Counted from the first letter of the stretch, positions 38,402 through 50,200 are shown. The stretch is 64,000 nt of DNA from Longimicrobiales bacterium (GCA_965219445.1 CBDCNQ010000004.1:576001-640000); one strand, 5' to 3'. Notes: generated by a model not told the origin, from the letters alone. Numbers and translations: made by a program.

Positions 38402-39022
38402 TTACTCGACGTACAGATTCTCCCGCTCGATAATGTCCGCCACACCCACGGGCACAAGATGCCGGTAGGGCAGTCCTTCCCGGACCCGTCTTCGAACGTC
38501 CGAAGAAGAGACATCGACACGCGGCACGTCCGCCTCACTCCATACCACGTCGAATCGAGGCAGAAACGTAGCGAGCTCGACACCGTCACGGGGCACCACG
38601 CACACATCCGCGAGCCGAACGACTTCCTCCGGCTCGTGCCACTCTGCCAATTCCGCGAACTGATCCGAGCCTATGATAAGCACCGGGATGGCCTCCGGGC
38701 ACTCCGAGCGGAGTGCCCTCAGCGTATCGACTGTGTAGGACGGTCCCTCTCTCCGAAGCTCAATATCGCTCACACTCTGATGAGCACACCCGTCCACCGC
38801 GGCACGCACCATCTCCATCCGGAGCTTGGATGATGTGGGCCTGCTCACCGGCTTGTGAGGGGGAACTCGAGCGGGGATCCACAGAATCTCGTCTAGCGCC
38901 CCGGACTCCTGGAGCTCCCCTGCTACCGAGACGTGGCCGATATGAGGAGGATCGAATGTGCCCCCGAAGACGCCGAGCCGTACGGGGCGGTCCTCTTGGG
39001 GCTCCGCACTAGACTCCGCCAT
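38402..39022 (-). CDS. nadD: nicotinate-nucleotide adenylyltransferase
   Basis: GGTFDPPHIGH, PPHK, SYTVDTL, IGSD, VSSSDVR. Confidence 0.95.
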   Translation of the reverse strand: MAESSAEPQEDRPVRLGVFGGTFDPPHIGHVSVAGELQESGALDEILWIPARVPPHKPVSRPTSSKLRMEMVRAAVDGCAHQSVSDIELRREGPSYTVDTLRALRSECPEAIPVLIIGSDQFAELAEWHEPEEVVRLADVCVVPRDGVELATFLPRFDVVWSEADVPRVDVSSSDVRRRVREGLPYRHLVPVGVADIIERENLYVE

Positions 39023-39752
39023 CTTCGAGCAGCAGCTGGGCCGGCTCAGAATCCGGGTAAGCCTCTTGGAGCAGGTCCCGAGTCGCTTCGACGTCCCTCT
39101 GGTACCCGATCCGGCCGAAAACATCGACCATCTGATACAGTGCCCAGGGCGCCCATTCGGTGTCTGAGAACTCGTCTGCCACCTCTTCGAAGTAGAGCAG
39201 CGCCGAATCCAAGAGACCTCGCTTCAGGTAGTGGAGCCCCGTGTCGTAATCCTGCTCGGCAAGCTTGAGCATCATTTCGTCTGCCAGTCGCGCCGCCTCG
39301 AGCCCCATTAGGGTCCCGGCAAAGTCCCCCGCCACCTGCCGGCACTGGAGCCTGGCCTGTCGGGTGAACGCTTGGTCCCTCTGGATAACGGGTGACAGGC
39401 GCACCAGTGAGCGGCAGACCCCGAGCGCGGCCGTAACCGCAACGGTGTCAGCCGGCCAACGGTCGATCACGCGCTGATACTCGCTCCGGGCCTCGATGTA
39501 TCGCTCGTTTGAAAACTGCACTTCGGCAAGTAGGAGCCGGGCTTCAGCTGCGCGGTTGAAGCCCGGTGAAAGGAGGACGTACTCGAAGGCCTCCGCTGCC
39601 TCCCCCCACTCCTCCTGCTCTCTGGCCTGGAGCCCTAAGGCAAATACCTCCTCAGTCGTGAGCCCCGGGTATGGGAGACTTCCCCCGCAGGCGGCAAAGA
39701 ATAGAGAGGAGGCCAGACAAAGTAAGAGTATTCGTGGAACAGGGTTTGTCAT
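39009..39752 (-). CDS. bamD: outer membrane assembly lipoprotein BamD
   Basis: Lipobox FAAC, TPRs, LSPVIQRDQAFT, KLAEQDY..G.HY. Confidence 0.85.
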   Translation of the reverse strand: MTNPVPRILLLCLASSLFFAACGGSLPYPGLTTEEVFALGLQAREQEEWGEAAEAFEYVLLSPGFNRAAEARLLLAEVQFSNERYIEARSEYQRVIDRWPADTVAVTAALGVCRSLVRLSPVIQRDQAFTRQARLQCRQVAGDFAGTLMGLEAARLADEMMLKLAEQDYDTGLHYLKRGLLDSALLYFEEVADEFSDTEWAPWALYQMVDVFGRIGYQRDVEATRDLLQEAYPDSEPAQLLLEDGGV

Positions 39753-39883
39753 GGGTCTGAACTACACCGCCGACCTAATGTGGTGTTCCAGAAATGTCTC
39801 GGCCATTCAGGTTCGTGAAAAGCGGCCCTAATCTTCGTCGGATCACCGGGGGGAAGGCAATGGGCCGAAGAGTGCCGCCGTTC

Positions 39884-40651
39884 TTACGAATCCAGGGACG
39901 CGAGGTAGGCTAGAATTCGGCGGTCGTCGGGATTCTGTTCGGCACAGAGCTCCCATTGCTGCCGCGCTCGATCCGTGTCGCCCAACCGACTTAGGAGGGC
40001 TCCCAACCGCACGCGGGCACCGATAAAGTTCGGATTCGCCACGAGGATCTCTTCCAGGTGAGTGAGGGCTTCGCCCAGCATGTTGAGATCCATATATGCC
40101 TCGGCGAGCTTGAACCGGAGGTCCAGAAAGTTGGGCCGGACCTCCACGGCCGCCGCATATTCCGTTGCTGCCTCTTCGGGGCGATCCGCGGCCATGTAGA
40201 GATCGCCGGTCTTCGCGTGCGCATTCGCGAGCTGGTTCCCCATGTGGGAGGGGAACGCACGGGAATCGCGGAGATCCAACGCGCTGGCACGATGGAAGCA
40301 CTCAGAGGCCTCGTCGTGTCGGTTCAAGTCGTTGAGAACGATGGCGCGGTTCATGAGGGCTTCGGCGTAGCAATCGTTGACTTCGAGCGCCTCATCGAAC
40401 TGTTCGAGGGCCCCCTCTGGATCCCCCATCATGGCTAGGCAAAGTCCCGCCCGATTACGTATGTCAGCGAAGTTGGGATGGTCCTGAAGGATCGCTCGAA
40501 AGTGCTGGTAGGCAGCCGTGAAGTCGTCCTGCTCCCAGGCGGCATTTCCGAAGGCTATCGTCTGTCGAACTGACGGGTCCAGGGCCTGGGATCCGGGGCC
40601 ACTCGTCGGGCGCTCGTACCCGACGTCGGCTTTCTTCTTTCTAGGGCTCAC
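39884..40651 (-). CDS. TPR protein
   Basis: Repeated HPNFADIRNRAG / RPNFLDLRFKLA / NPNFIGARVRLG TPR units. GTG start inferred. Confidence 0.85.
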   Translation of the reverse strand: MSPRKKKADVGYERPTSGPGSQALDPSVRQTIAFGNAAWEQDDFTAAYQHFRAILQDHPNFADIRNRAGLCLAMMGDPEGALEQFDEALEVNDCYAEALMNRAIVLNDLNRHDEASECFHRASALDLRDSRAFPSHMGNQLANAHAKTGDLYMAADRPEEAATEYAAAVEVRPNFLDLRFKLAEAYMDLNMLGEALTHLEEILVANPNFIGARVRLGALLSRLGDTDRARQQWELCAEQNPDDRRILAYLASLDS

Positions 40652-40653
40652 GT

Positions 40654-41622
40654 TCAGCAGCCTGAACCCAATCCGCCACCCGTGGGTCCCACGAAACGAA
40701 GCTCGTCGTACCGCCATTGGGCGCGCTCGACCAAGGGGCTCGTACCCGTTTGGTCCACACGACGGACCTCGAGGAAGGCCTCCATGGCCTCTTCGCATCG
40801 GCCCAGATCGGAGAGGATCTCGCCCATCTCGAAATGCGCCACCGCCTGCTGGCTTCGGGGCTCGCCCAGGGCGATCGTACGCTCGATATGGACAAAGGCC
40901 TCCTCGTCCACACCCTCCGATCGTAATTCCTGAGCCAGGCGAAGCGAGCAACTGCCGATTTTCCAATCGACCTCACCGCGCTGGTAGCGGGAAATCAGCG
41001 CTCGGTACTCCTCATAGTAGAGCAGCGCCCGCCTACAATCCCCGACCTCGTCATAGGCGGAAGCAGCCTCGAAGACCACGTCTGGGATGGTGTCCCCCTC
41101 CATGCCCGCGATCGATGTCTGGTAGTAGGGGAGTGCCGTGGCGTACTCGCCGCTCCGGAAGTAGTGGCGCGCGAGGGGCAACGCCATGTCCTGCATGGTG
41201 ACGCCCGGTCGGAAGGACATGGCCGTCTCCATCGCGGAGGCGAGGCCGAAGAGGTCGTCCCGGTCACGAGCCGCACGGGCCAAACGTACCATATCGGAAA
41301 CCGCCTGGTCCGTGAACCCCGGATCCTGTTCAACGGCCCGATGATAGAAATCCCCCGCCTCGTCGATACGGCCCATTTCGGCATACGTATGCGCGACGCG
41401 AGCCAGGGCCGGGGCGTCGTCCGAGCCCCGGCGAACCGCCAACCGGTACTCCGCCAGTGCGGCATCCAGATCACCCCGCGCATAGGCTTCGTCGCCGCGG
41501 AGGATGGAAGACTCGTCTCCACTGCTCGCATAACAGGCGCTGAGCAGCGTCGAGGCGATGACCATGCCGGCGAGGACGAGCCTCGCGGGTGCTAAACACT
41601 TGTCTACGGTTGGGTGGTTCAT
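40654..41622 (-). CDS. TPR lipoprotein
   Basis: Lipobox-like LLSAC then a TPR array. Start uncertain. Confidence 0.8.
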   Translation of the reverse strand: MNHPTVDKCLAPARLVLAGMVIASTLLSACYASSGDESSILRGDEAYARGDLDAALAEYRLAVRRGSDDAPALARVAHTYAEMGRIDEAGDFYHRAVEQDPGFTDQAVSDMVRLARAARDRDDLFGLASAMETAMSFRPGVTMQDMALPLARHYFRSGEYATALPYYQTSIAGMEGDTIPDVVFEAASAYDEVGDCRRALLYYEEYRALISRYQRGEVDWKIGSCSLRLAQELRSEGVDEEAFVHIERTIALGEPRSQQAVAHFEMGEILSDLGRCEEAMEAFLEVRRVDQTGTSPLVERAQWRYDELRFVGPTGGGLGSGC

Positions 41623-41704
41623 GAGAGCAATGTACCGCAAACTTTGGGCCGGGATCCCTGGGGACCGGCGGGGCGTACGTGGCGGGGGACCTCTTTCATG
41701 ATTG

Positions 41705-41733
41705 TTGACACGCTCCGAAAAGGCAATTAGCAA
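41705..41733 (+). promoter_or_regulatory. candidate sigma-70 promoter
   Basis: TTGACA-N17-TAGCAA upstream of the 41774 gene; -10 box imperfect. Confidence 0.35.
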
Positions 41734-41773
41734 GTGAGTAGCACGCCACTTTCTCCAACCCTGAGGATACCTC

Positions 41774-42253
41774 ATGAAGACGCTCCGTACAGCCTTTTGC
41801 GCACTTTTCCTCGTCGCGCTAGTTGCGGCTCCGCCGGCGCAGGCTCAAACGCCCTGGCAAGTCGGCCCCCATCTGGGCGTGAACCTCGACAACGATGAGC
41901 TCCTTCTCGGCGCCGCGGGGCGACTTCACCTATCGTCGCTTCCCATCACGCTGAACCCGGGGTTCGAGTTCTATCCTGGTGTTGACCCCGGGTCCCTGTT
42001 TGTCCTGAACTTCGACGTCCAGTACCAGTTGGAGGCGGAGGACCTCGAACCGTACGTCGGCGGCGGAATTTCCGTGGACAGGATCTCGATAGCCGGTGTC
42101 TCGGACTGGGACGCCGGCCTCAACATCAAGGGTGGAGTGTCGTTCAACCCGAACAGTAGGACACGGCCCTACGTGGAAGCGGTTCTGAACTTCGCCCGTG
42201 ACAACGAAGCCCTGATCTTCAAGGGAGGCTTCCTCTTCACGATTGGCGGGTAG
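41774..42253 (+). CDS. small outer-membrane beta-barrel protein
   Basis: Signal peptide (AQA), amphipathic strands, PYVGGG motif, aromatic C-terminal strand. Confidence 0.75.
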   Translation: MKTLRTAFCALFLVALVAAPPAQAQTPWQVGPHLGVNLDNDELLLGAAGRLHLSSLPITLNPGFEFYPGVDPGSLFVLNFDVQYQLEAEDLEPYVGGGISVDRISIAGVSDWDAGLNIKGGVSFNPNSRTRPYVEAVLNFARDNEALIFKGGFLFTIGG

Positions 42254-42314
42254 CGCTCGGCTTCGATTGTCGGAGGACTCCTAGCCGGTCCAGCTTCTGT
42301 GTAGCGCGGTCGGA

Positions 42315-43313
42315 CTAAGGCCCAGCCAGCCATTCAACGGCCCGGCGGAGGCCCTCGGTCAAAGACACGGTCACCGAATAGCCCATTTGCCTCTGGATCT
42401 TGTCCAGGGAGGCGAGCGAGTCGCGCACGTCCCCCTCTCTCGCCGGCCCCGTCACGGATTTCACGCCCACCCGCGTGGCCTCCTGGATCGCCTCCCACAA
42501 CCGGTTGACCGAAATCCGCTCCCCGCAACCCACGTTGAAGACCTCCCCGGACACCGCCACGGCAGCTGCCGTACACGCCAACAGGTTCGCCCGAACGGCA
42601 TTCTCCACGTACGTGAAGTCCCGCGTCTGCTCGCCGTCTCCATCGATGGTGGGGCCCTCCCCCGTAAGCGCCTTAGTGATGAATATCGGAATCACCGCTG
42701 AGTACTGGGAGGAAGGGTCCTGCCGAGGGCCGAAGATGTTGAAGTAGCGCAGTACCACGGTCTCGAAACCGTAAATCAGGCTGAACGCCTTGCAGTAGTG
42801 CTCACCCGCCAGCTTGGCTACCGCGTAGGGTGAGCGCGGCAGCGCCGGCATGGTCTCGACCTTGGGGAGCGTGGGCGTGTCTCCGTAGGCAGAACTCGAA
42901 CCCGCATACACGAATCGCCTCACCCCCGCATCCCGCGCGGCGATCAGCATGTTCAGTGTTCCTGTCGCGCATGCTTCGTGGGAAGCAGCGGGATCTGCCA
43001 CGCTTCGCGGTACCGACGCCAGCGCCGCCTGGTGGAGCACGAACTCGATCCCCTCGCACGCTGATGCGCACGTCGCTGGATTTGTGATCGATCCCTCGAC
43101 GAGTTCGATCTCGCCAAGCAATCCGTCCAGGTTCTCCCACCTCCCCGTCGAAAAATCATCGAGAACGCGGACACTCGCCCCGTCCTCAACGAGTGCTTCC
43201 ACCAGATTCGAGCCGATGAACCCAGCACCACCGGTGACGAGGTATCGGGCCGGGGGAACGACCGGAAGCGCCGATCGCTCCTCCTCGATTACTGGAGCGC
43301 TTGTGGGCATCAT
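42315..43313 (-). CDS. UDP-HexNAc(A) 4-epimerase-like SDR (WbpP-type)
   Basis: [46 protein letters not shown]. Confidence 0.9.
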   Translation of the reverse strand: MMPTSAPVIEEERSALPVVPPARYLVTGGAGFIGSNLVEALVEDGASVRVLDDFSTGRWENLDGLLGEIELVEGSITNPATCASACEGIEFVLHQAALASVPRSVADPAASHEACATGTLNMLIAARDAGVRRFVYAGSSSAYGDTPTLPKVETMPALPRSPYAVAKLAGEHYCKAFSLIYGFETVVLRYFNIFGPRQDPSSQYSAVIPIFITKALTGEGPTIDGDGEQTRDFTYVENAVRANLLACTAAAVAVSGEVFNVGCGERISVNRLWEAIQEATRVGVKSVTGPAREGDVRDSLASLDKIQRQMGYSVTVSLTEGLRRAVEWLAGP

Positions 43314-44284
43314 TCGTCCGAGGTCAGCGGCCGGGCCCGAGCGTTCTCCGTCTCCACCAGCTTCCGGAAGTAGGGAATCGTCTTCTTCAGGCCCTCGTGG
43401 AGCGTCGTCACGGGCTCCCAACCAAGGATGTCGCGAGCCACCGAAATGTCGGGCTGACGCACCTGAGGATCGTCCTCCGGGAGCGGCAACGACTCGATCC
43501 CCGACCCTGAACCCGTCTCTGCGATCACCAACTCGGCCAACTTCGAGATCGTAAACTCGTCCGGATTGCCGATGTTCGTCGGGTCGACGTGGTCCGAGCG
43601 GAACAACCGAAAGATGCCATCGACCTCATCCTCGACGTAGCAGAAAGAGCGCGTCTGCGAGCCGTCTCCATAGATGGTGAGCGGCTCGTTCCGGAGCGCC
43701 TGCACGATGAAATTCGAGACCACCCGGCCGTCGGCGGGTCTCATAGAAATCCCGTACGTATTGAAGATCCGAACGATTCTCGTGTCGACACCGTGGTAAC
43801 GGTGGTACGCCATCGTCATCGCTTCGGCGAAGCGCTTTGCCTCGTCGTACACCCCACGGAGCCCCACCGGATTGACGTTTCCCCAGTAGTCCTCGGTCTG
43901 GGGATGGACCTCCGGATCCCCGTACACCTCCGACGTCGAAGCGAGGAGGAACCGCGCCGACTTCGCCAGAGCGAGGCCGAGCATGTTGTGTGTGCCCAGG
44001 CTGCCGACCTTCAGCGTCTGGATGGGAAGCTCGAGGTAGTCCACCGGGCTCGCGGGAGAGGCGAAGTGGAGGACCCCGTCCAACTCGTCGCCGACGTAGA
44101 GCGGCGTGGAAATATCGTGGCGCAGGAACGAAAAGCTTTCGTGTTCCTGGAGAGCGGCGATGTTTTCCTCGGAACCCGTGACGAAGTTGTCCACGCCGAC
44201 GACCTCGTACCCCTCGGTCAGGAAGCGCTCGGCCAGATGAGACCCGAGGAAGCCCGCAGCGCCGGTGATGAGGACGCGCTGCAC
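43310..44284 (-). CDS. UDP-glucuronate decarboxylase (UDP-xylose synthase) family
   Basis: [48 protein letters not shown]. Confidence 0.9.
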   Translation of the reverse strand: MQRVLITGAAGFLGSHLAERFLTEGYEVVGVDNFVTGSEENIAALQEHESFSFLRHDISTPLYVGDELDGVLHFASPASPVDYLELPIQTLKVGSLGTHNMLGLALAKSARFLLASTSEVYGDPEVHPQTEDYWGNVNPVGLRGVYDEAKRFAEAMTMAYHRYHGVDTRIVRIFNTYGISMRPADGRVVSNFIVQALRNEPLTIYGDGSQTRSFCYVEDEVDGIFRLFRSDHVDPTNIGNPDEFTISKLAELVIAETGSGSGIESLPLPEDDPQVRQPDISVARDILGWEPVTTLHEGLKKTIPYFRKLVETENARARPLTSDE

Positions 44285-44322
44285 CTCAGTCGATCCCTCT
44301 GCGAGTCACTCGTCCCTCCACG

Positions 44323-45651
44323 CTACGCCTGCCCGCTCTCGACCGAAACCGAGCACCGTCCCACTGAGTGGTACTCGAAGCCCAGTTCGGCCATGCGCTC
44401 GGGATCGTAGAGGTTTCGCCCGTCGAAGACGAGTGGCCGTGCCATCGCCACTTTCATGCGTTCGAAATCCGGCCGCCGGTAGGGACTCCATTCCGTGTGA
44501 ATGGCCAACGCGGCCGCACCCTCCAGGGTGGCGTAGTCGTCTTCGCACAGCTCGATTCGATCCCCGAACCGGCGCCGAGCCTCCTTCATCGCCTCAGGGT
44601 CGTGGGCCACCACGCGCGCGCCCCGCTCCAGCACCCCCTCGATCGTGATCAGGCTCGGCGCCTCGCGCATATCATCCGTGTTCGGCTTGAACGCCAGCCC
44701 CCAGACCGCAATCGTCATCCCGCTCAGGTCCGTGCCCAGGCATGTCACGAGTGCGCGGAGGAGCGAGCCTTTCTGGCGGTCGTTCAAGTCATCGACCGCC
44801 TGCAGGATCGACGGATCCGCCCCCAACTCGTCCATGGTTCGGATGAGCGCCTTCACGTCTTTTGGGAAACAGGATCCACCGTACCCCACACCCGGATAGA
44901 GGAAAGAGCGCCCTATGCGCTCGTCGCTCCCGATGCCGCGCCGCACCATGTCGATGTCGGCCCCCGTTCTCTCGCAGAGCCCCGCCACACCGTTCATGAA
45001 GCTGATCCGCGTCGCGAGCATCGCATTGGCAGCGTACTTGGTGATCTCGGCCGAAGCGATATCCATCATCAGGATTTGGTTCCCGCTCACGACGAAGGGC
45101 GCGTAGAGGTCGCGCAGCACATCCGCGGCGTACTCGCTGTCCACGCCCAGCACCACCCGGTCCGGCTTCATGAAGTCGTCGACCGCGGCCCCCTCCTTGA
45201 GGAACTCCGGATTGGAGCACACGTGGACCCGATGATCGGTCTCGGCTTCGATGGCGTCCCGAACTCTCGCCGCCGTCCCCACCGGAACGGTGCTCTTGGT
45301 GATCACGATCCGCTCGCCATCCATCGAAGCGCCGATGGTCCTCGCGGCCTCGAGCACATGCTGCAGGTCGGCAGAGCCGTCTTCGTCAGGGGGTGTGCCG
45401 ACCGCGACGAAGATGATCGCAGAGGCCCGCACAGCTTCCGGGATATCCGTAGTGAAACGCAGGCGGCCCGAGCGGAGGTTCCGTGAGACCAACACCTCGA
45501 GCCCCGGCTCGTAGATGGGGATCTCGCCTGCTTTCAGCCCGGCGATCTTTCCATCAATGATGTCGGCACAGACGACGTCGTTGCCGGTTTCAGCCAGGCA
45601 AGCCCCGGCCACTAGGCCGACGTATCCGGTACCGATGACTGCGATATGCAT
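44323..45651 (-). CDS. ugd: UDP-glucose 6-dehydrogenase
   Basis: [37 protein letters not shown]. Confidence 0.93.
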   Translation of the reverse strand: MHIAVIGTGYVGLVAGACLAETGNDVVCADIIDGKIAGLKAGEIPIYEPGLEVLVSRNLRSGRLRFTTDIPEAVRASAIIFVAVGTPPDEDGSADLQHVLEAARTIGASMDGERIVITKSTVPVGTAARVRDAIEAETDHRVHVCSNPEFLKEGAAVDDFMKPDRVVLGVDSEYAADVLRDLYAPFVVSGNQILMMDIASAEITKYAANAMLATRISFMNGVAGLCERTGADIDMVRRGIGSDERIGRSFLYPGVGYGGSCFPKDVKALIRTMDELGADPSILQAVDDLNDRQKGSLLRALVTCLGTDLSGMTIAVWGLAFKPNTDDMREAPSLITIEGVLERGARVVAHDPEAMKEARRRFGDRIELCEDDYATLEGAAALAIHTEWSPYRRPDFERMKVAMARPLVFDGRNLYDPERMAELGFEYHSVGRCSVSVESGQA

Positions 45652-46040
45652 GGGAGATCCGCGTTTCCCGTCTTTTCGAAGCCAAGGATGGCCTTTCCGG
45701 TGCGGCGGCCCCAGTGAATGGGGACTTTCAAAGCATCTTACGCCTCTTCACCCGCGTCAAGCTTGCAAGATCGCGTCACCCAGGTCGCTCGGCGGTCTGG
45801 GCTGGCGCCTCTCTCTCTCGACTTCGGCCCTTCGGCTCCGGAAGAGATCGACGACCCTGCAATCAGACCACAGGCGTGAGGCCTCGTGTTGACCGGTTTG
45901 GTCGTTCCCTTCATGTTAGCCCGACCCTTGAAAGGGCTTTTGTCTTGGCTATCCTTGCTGCTTTGGGGTAATCCCCCGTGCGAATCCGCAGGAAAATTCT
46001 CAGAGAATCGAGTCATCTTAGTTGCCGTCGTTGCCTCCGG

Positions 46041-48243
46041 ATGGGACAGCAACTCGTGAGGGCGGCGGTGCTGTGCGTTGCAGCGGGACTTGCGACCGCA
46101 ATTGGCGCCTCAGCGCAGATCCCGAGCGCCGCGGAAGCTCGCCGACTGGTCCAAGAGAATCCGGAACTGGTGCGCGAGCAAATTCTCCAGTCGGGGCTCA
46201 GCCAAAGCGAGATCCGGGCCCGACTCGCGGCGTTCGGCCTCCCCCCCGACGCCCTCGATCAGTTTCTCTCCGGAGACTCCATCGACATGATCACCGCGTT
46301 CGACGACAACGCGCTGAGCGCTTTGGAAAGGCTGGGAATCGCAGTTGAGACTGTGGACGGGCTCGAACTCGTGGAAGTGACCTCTGGCTTGCAGCCGCAA
46401 CCGGCTCGGGAGCAGATTCTCATCAACGGCCTGCCTATCTTCGGTCTCGACATCTTCACCCGGGCGAGCACCCAGTTCCAACCCCTTCTCTCAGGCCCGG
46501 TGCCTGACGAATATCTGCTCGGACCCAATGACCGGATCGTTGTGATACTCACGGGCGACGTCGAGTTGACGCACGAGCTGGTTGTAACGCGAGAAGGCTT
46601 CATAGTCGTGCCGACCGTCGGTCGGATCTCCGTGGCGAATCTTACGATGGCCGAACTCAGGCTTCTGCTTCGGAACCGGCTGGCCGACTCGTATTCGGGC
46701 ATCACCCTCGGCACGACGTTTGTCGATGTGACGATCACCGAGGTTCGCAGCATTCAAATCTACGTCACGGGTGAGGTGGCTCAGGCCGGCGCGTATCAAT
46801 TGGCATCTGTGGCCACGGTGACGAACGCACTCTACGCCGCGGGTGGTCCCACAGAGCTGGCTAGCCTTCGCCAGATCAATGTCCAGAGGCGCGACGGGGA
46901 CAAAGTCACCCTCGACCTCTACCCGTATCTGCTCGACGGTGACGTGTCCGGAGACGTCATCCTGCAGCAGGGGGGACAACGTCTTCGTCCCGCTGAAGGA
47001 TCGACGGGTACAGCTTCACGGGGCCGTCGTGCGACCGGCCCATTACGAATTGGACGCCGATAACGATCTGATCGATGTTCTGAACGCATCCGGGGGCTTC
47101 GCACCCGAGGCGAACCGTCAGCGCGTGACGATCCATCGGGTGGTGCGCCCGAGCGAGCGGGGACCGGGATCGAGCGATCGGATCGCCATCGATCTAGCTT
47201 TGACGCCGTCGACGGATCCAGCTGAGCCGAGACACCTCGGGGGCGTCGTCATCCCACCCATCGGACTACAGGATGGCGACTCCATCGTCGTCGATGACGT
47301 GTTGGGCCTCAGAGATAGCTACCATGTGTCGATCACCGGGATGGTCGCAGCTCCCGACACGTTCGCGTGGCGGGAAGGGATGACAGTCCGCGACCTGATG
47401 CTTCTGGCTCGGGGGCCGACCGTCGGGGCCGATTTGCGCGCGGCACAGGTTTCGCGCCTCCCCGACCAGCGGGGGCTCGGTGAGCTTGCCGACGCATTAC
47501 TGGTCCCGTTGGACTCCACCTATCTGAGCCGTGCGCCCGATGGACGGTACGTGGGCCCGCCAGGAGTGGCCTTCCCCCCGCCCGGATCCAGCCCCGAGTT
47601 CACGCTCCAGCCGTTCGACCAAGTTCTCATTCTAAAGCAGCCCGAATTCGAGATGCCTCAATCGGTCAAGATCACTGGTGAGGTGGCGGTTCCCGGCGAG
47701 TACACGCTCCTGACCAAGAACGACCACGTAATCGACCTTATAGGCCGAGCCAACGGCTTGTTGGATACGGGGTACCCCGAAGGCGGACGGTTCTTTCGGC
47801 CACAGGACGGCCTCGGCCGTATGAACGTTGATCTTCCCACCGCTCTCGTTGATCCTTCGAGCCAGGCCAACATACTTCTACAGCCTGGGGATTCTCTACA
47901 CATCCCCGAATACTCGCCCACCGTGGTCGTCACGGGCGCTGTGAACTCACCTGTGGCTGTCCTCTTCCGCGAGGGGGAAGACTTCGACTACTACCTGGCC
48001 AACGCAGGCGGATACAGAAGCGACGCGGACAAGGGAAGGGTGTCGGTGCGGTACGCGAATGGTCTGGCGCAAACTCGGTCCAAATTCTTGTTCTGGTCGA
48101 GTTATCCGACGCCTGGACCGGGAAGCGTGGTGACGGTACCAGCCACAGACCCCTCCGACCGATTCGACACGCGGGGACTGATCACGGATCTCGTGTCGAT
48201 CCTGACGTCGGTCACGACGCTGATCGTGGTTCTGGCGCGATGA
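46041..48243 (+). pseudogene. multi-SLBB polysaccharide export protein (Wza/KpsD-like), frameshifted at G6 run 46970-46975
   Basis: Signal peptide, YLLGPND export domain, SLBB repeats. Removing one G joins ILQQG to DNVFVP and gives about 733 aa. Confidence 0.85.
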
Positions 48244-48491
48244 CGTCGGGCGAAGGGCGGCACGACCGAACGATCGAAGTGCGGGTCAGCGATGGACGGG
48301 TTGAGGCCGATGCCAGTCAGACGCCGACCTCACTTCAGCGCGGGAGCTGATTCAGGCAAACCGGGGTAGGAGTTCCTGTTCGGAGAGGTGTTGGCCAGTG
48401 AGGCGGAGGGTCTCTTGTTGGGCACGGATTTGGGCGTGGGCAAGGTGGGGTGACAGGCCCACCAGAGTAGCTAGGCGTTTCATCGGACTCT

Positions 48492-49628
48492 TCATCCGGC
48501 CGAACGCTTGAATGGACGGCGAAGGAAACGGGGCAGGTCACTCACCGCTTCACTCCATAAGGAAGACAATTCGTCCAATTGCGAACTGTCCCGCATGCGG
48601 TCTTCCTCGCGGTAGTTCATGACGAAGGCGAGAAACACGCCAAACATCGCCCCAATACTCATACCCACCAAGACAATTACGACCCGTCTCTTCGGATCTC
48701 GAAGTGCAGGTACTCGCGGGGACTCAATCAAAGTGATCACCGGCGTATTGCGGACCTCCTCAATGCGAGCGCTCTCGAACGCTTCCGCCAACGAGGTCAC
48801 GAGTTGCTGGCGCATCGCTACCGCACGCTGCAGTCGATCATGCTCAAACTCGAGCGACGGCGAATTAGTGAATAGTCGGTTCTCTAGGAGGAAATTCTTG
48901 AAACTGTCCTCAGCCTCTCGAAGTTCGCTGTTTAATTGGGCTAGCCGCCCCCCAGCGAACAGTCGCTCTGCACCCGCCTGGGACTGTCGAGTCGTCACGT
49001 CGAAGTCGTTTACGAGTTCGAGGATGAGTGCCGCCAATGCCTGAGAGACCATTGGATCGGACGTAGTAACGGAGAAGCTTACGATTCCCGTCTCGCGGTC
49101 AGTGCTCACGGAAAGTGCACCAATCAGCCTCGTTATGGCTCGCCCGATTCGCTCTTCGACAGTCTCCCCTCCGACCTCGTAAAAGGTGATGAGATCCATT
49201 TCTTCGGAGGCCCCTTCAGTCGGACGCAGAAAATGTCGCGTCGTGGCCTGCCGTAGAATTTCTCTTGAGGTCACGAGATCGGCATAGAACTGAGGAGAGC
49301 GCTCCCCGCCCCGCCCGCTCCCCAATGCGAACCCGAACTGCTGGGCAAGCGCCAAGGCGCCGGACGGCGCGACTCCTCCGGTACTCTCCGGGAGAAACGA
49401 AGCTGAAGAAGTGTAGAGTGCGGGCCTTTTGAGTGCTATACCCAGGCTAACACCCGTACACAGAAGAATCGCCCAAAGAACCACCCTTCGCTGGCGTAGG
49501 AGGACGCTTGCAATCTCCACTAGTGAGACTTCGTCATCCAGCCTGCGAGGGTCGACAGTCTTTGCTGCGTTTTCCACCCTGGGGTGAGATGTGAAGCCTT
49601 CCTGCCCTGGATACTCTCGGTCCACCAT
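48492..49628 (-). CDS. Wzz/GNVR-type polysaccharide co-polymerase
   Basis: DDEVSLVEI N-terminus, two TM segments flanking a coiled coil, ARIEEVRNTPVITLIESP. Confidence 0.85.
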   Translation of the reverse strand: MVDREYPGQEGFTSHPRVENAAKTVDPRRLDDEVSLVEIASVLLRQRRVVLWAILLCTGVSLGIALKRPALYTSSASFLPESTGGVAPSGALALAQQFGFALGSGRGGERSPQFYADLVTSREILRQATTRHFLRPTEGASEEMDLITFYEVGGETVEERIGRAITRLIGALSVSTDRETGIVSFSVTTSDPMVSQALAALILELVNDFDVTTRQSQAGAERLFAGGRLAQLNSELREAEDSFKNFLLENRLFTNSPSLEFEHDRLQRAVAMRQQLVTSLAEAFESARIEEVRNTPVITLIESPRVPALRDPKRRVVIVLVGMSIGAMFGVFLAFVMNYREEDRMRDSSQLDELSSLWSEAVSDLPRFLRRPFKRSAG

Positions 49629-49664
49629 ACCAATGAATGCTCATGATTAGTTTGGTCCGGAAAA

Positions 49665-49860
49665 GAGCGGCTAAACTAGGCCCAGGCTTCTCTTGTGTAA
49701 AGCAACTTGGTATTGACGAACACCACCCCAGAACGGCCTTGGGAACATCCGTTTGACTGGTCAGGAGCACTTGAACTAGGCCCAGGCTTCCCTTGTGTGA
49801 AGCGAACACGGTCTTGACGAGTACCACCCCCTCAACAAGTTTGGGAACATCCGCCTGACC
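49665..49860. repeat. tandem duplication, period 100 bp
   Basis: Identical blocks aactaggcccaggcttc, cttgtgt, ttgacga, accacccc, ttgggaacatccg in units starting 49674 and 49774. Confidence 0.85.
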
Positions 49861-50200
49861 ATGAGCGTTCTACGCTCTATAGGTTAGGCACAGCGCTCGA
49901 AGGGCCAGGGTTGGTGAGTCGGCTATCCTCAGCCTCGAAATCCGGGAGGCGTAGGCATTCTGAACGAAGCAAATCCTGGCAAGAGATCCATGGCCCGCCC
50001 CGCTCAGATCGAGACTAGACGTGCGATGCGTTACGACGGTGCATCAGATGAGAGGCTAACCAAGACCCGTCGGGACCAGGCCACGATACTTGCCAGCGCG
50101 TTTGGTCTGGAATGACCTCGGTTGCATCCGGACGAGCTCCATATCGTCAGGCTCAAGTGCGAGTTCGAGACGGCCTGAATCCAAATGGCAGTGAAGCGTC

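Noticed and set aside
49674..49860. Assignment of the tandem repeat to a known riboswitch, hammerhead or CRISPR array
   Set aside because: Only fragmentary resemblance; core motifs missing; two contiguous units without unique spacers and no cas genes.
49829..49890. GTTAGGC as a possible integron attC core
   Set aside because: No proper RYYYAAC partner or attC-like palindrome, and no integrase or cassette array.
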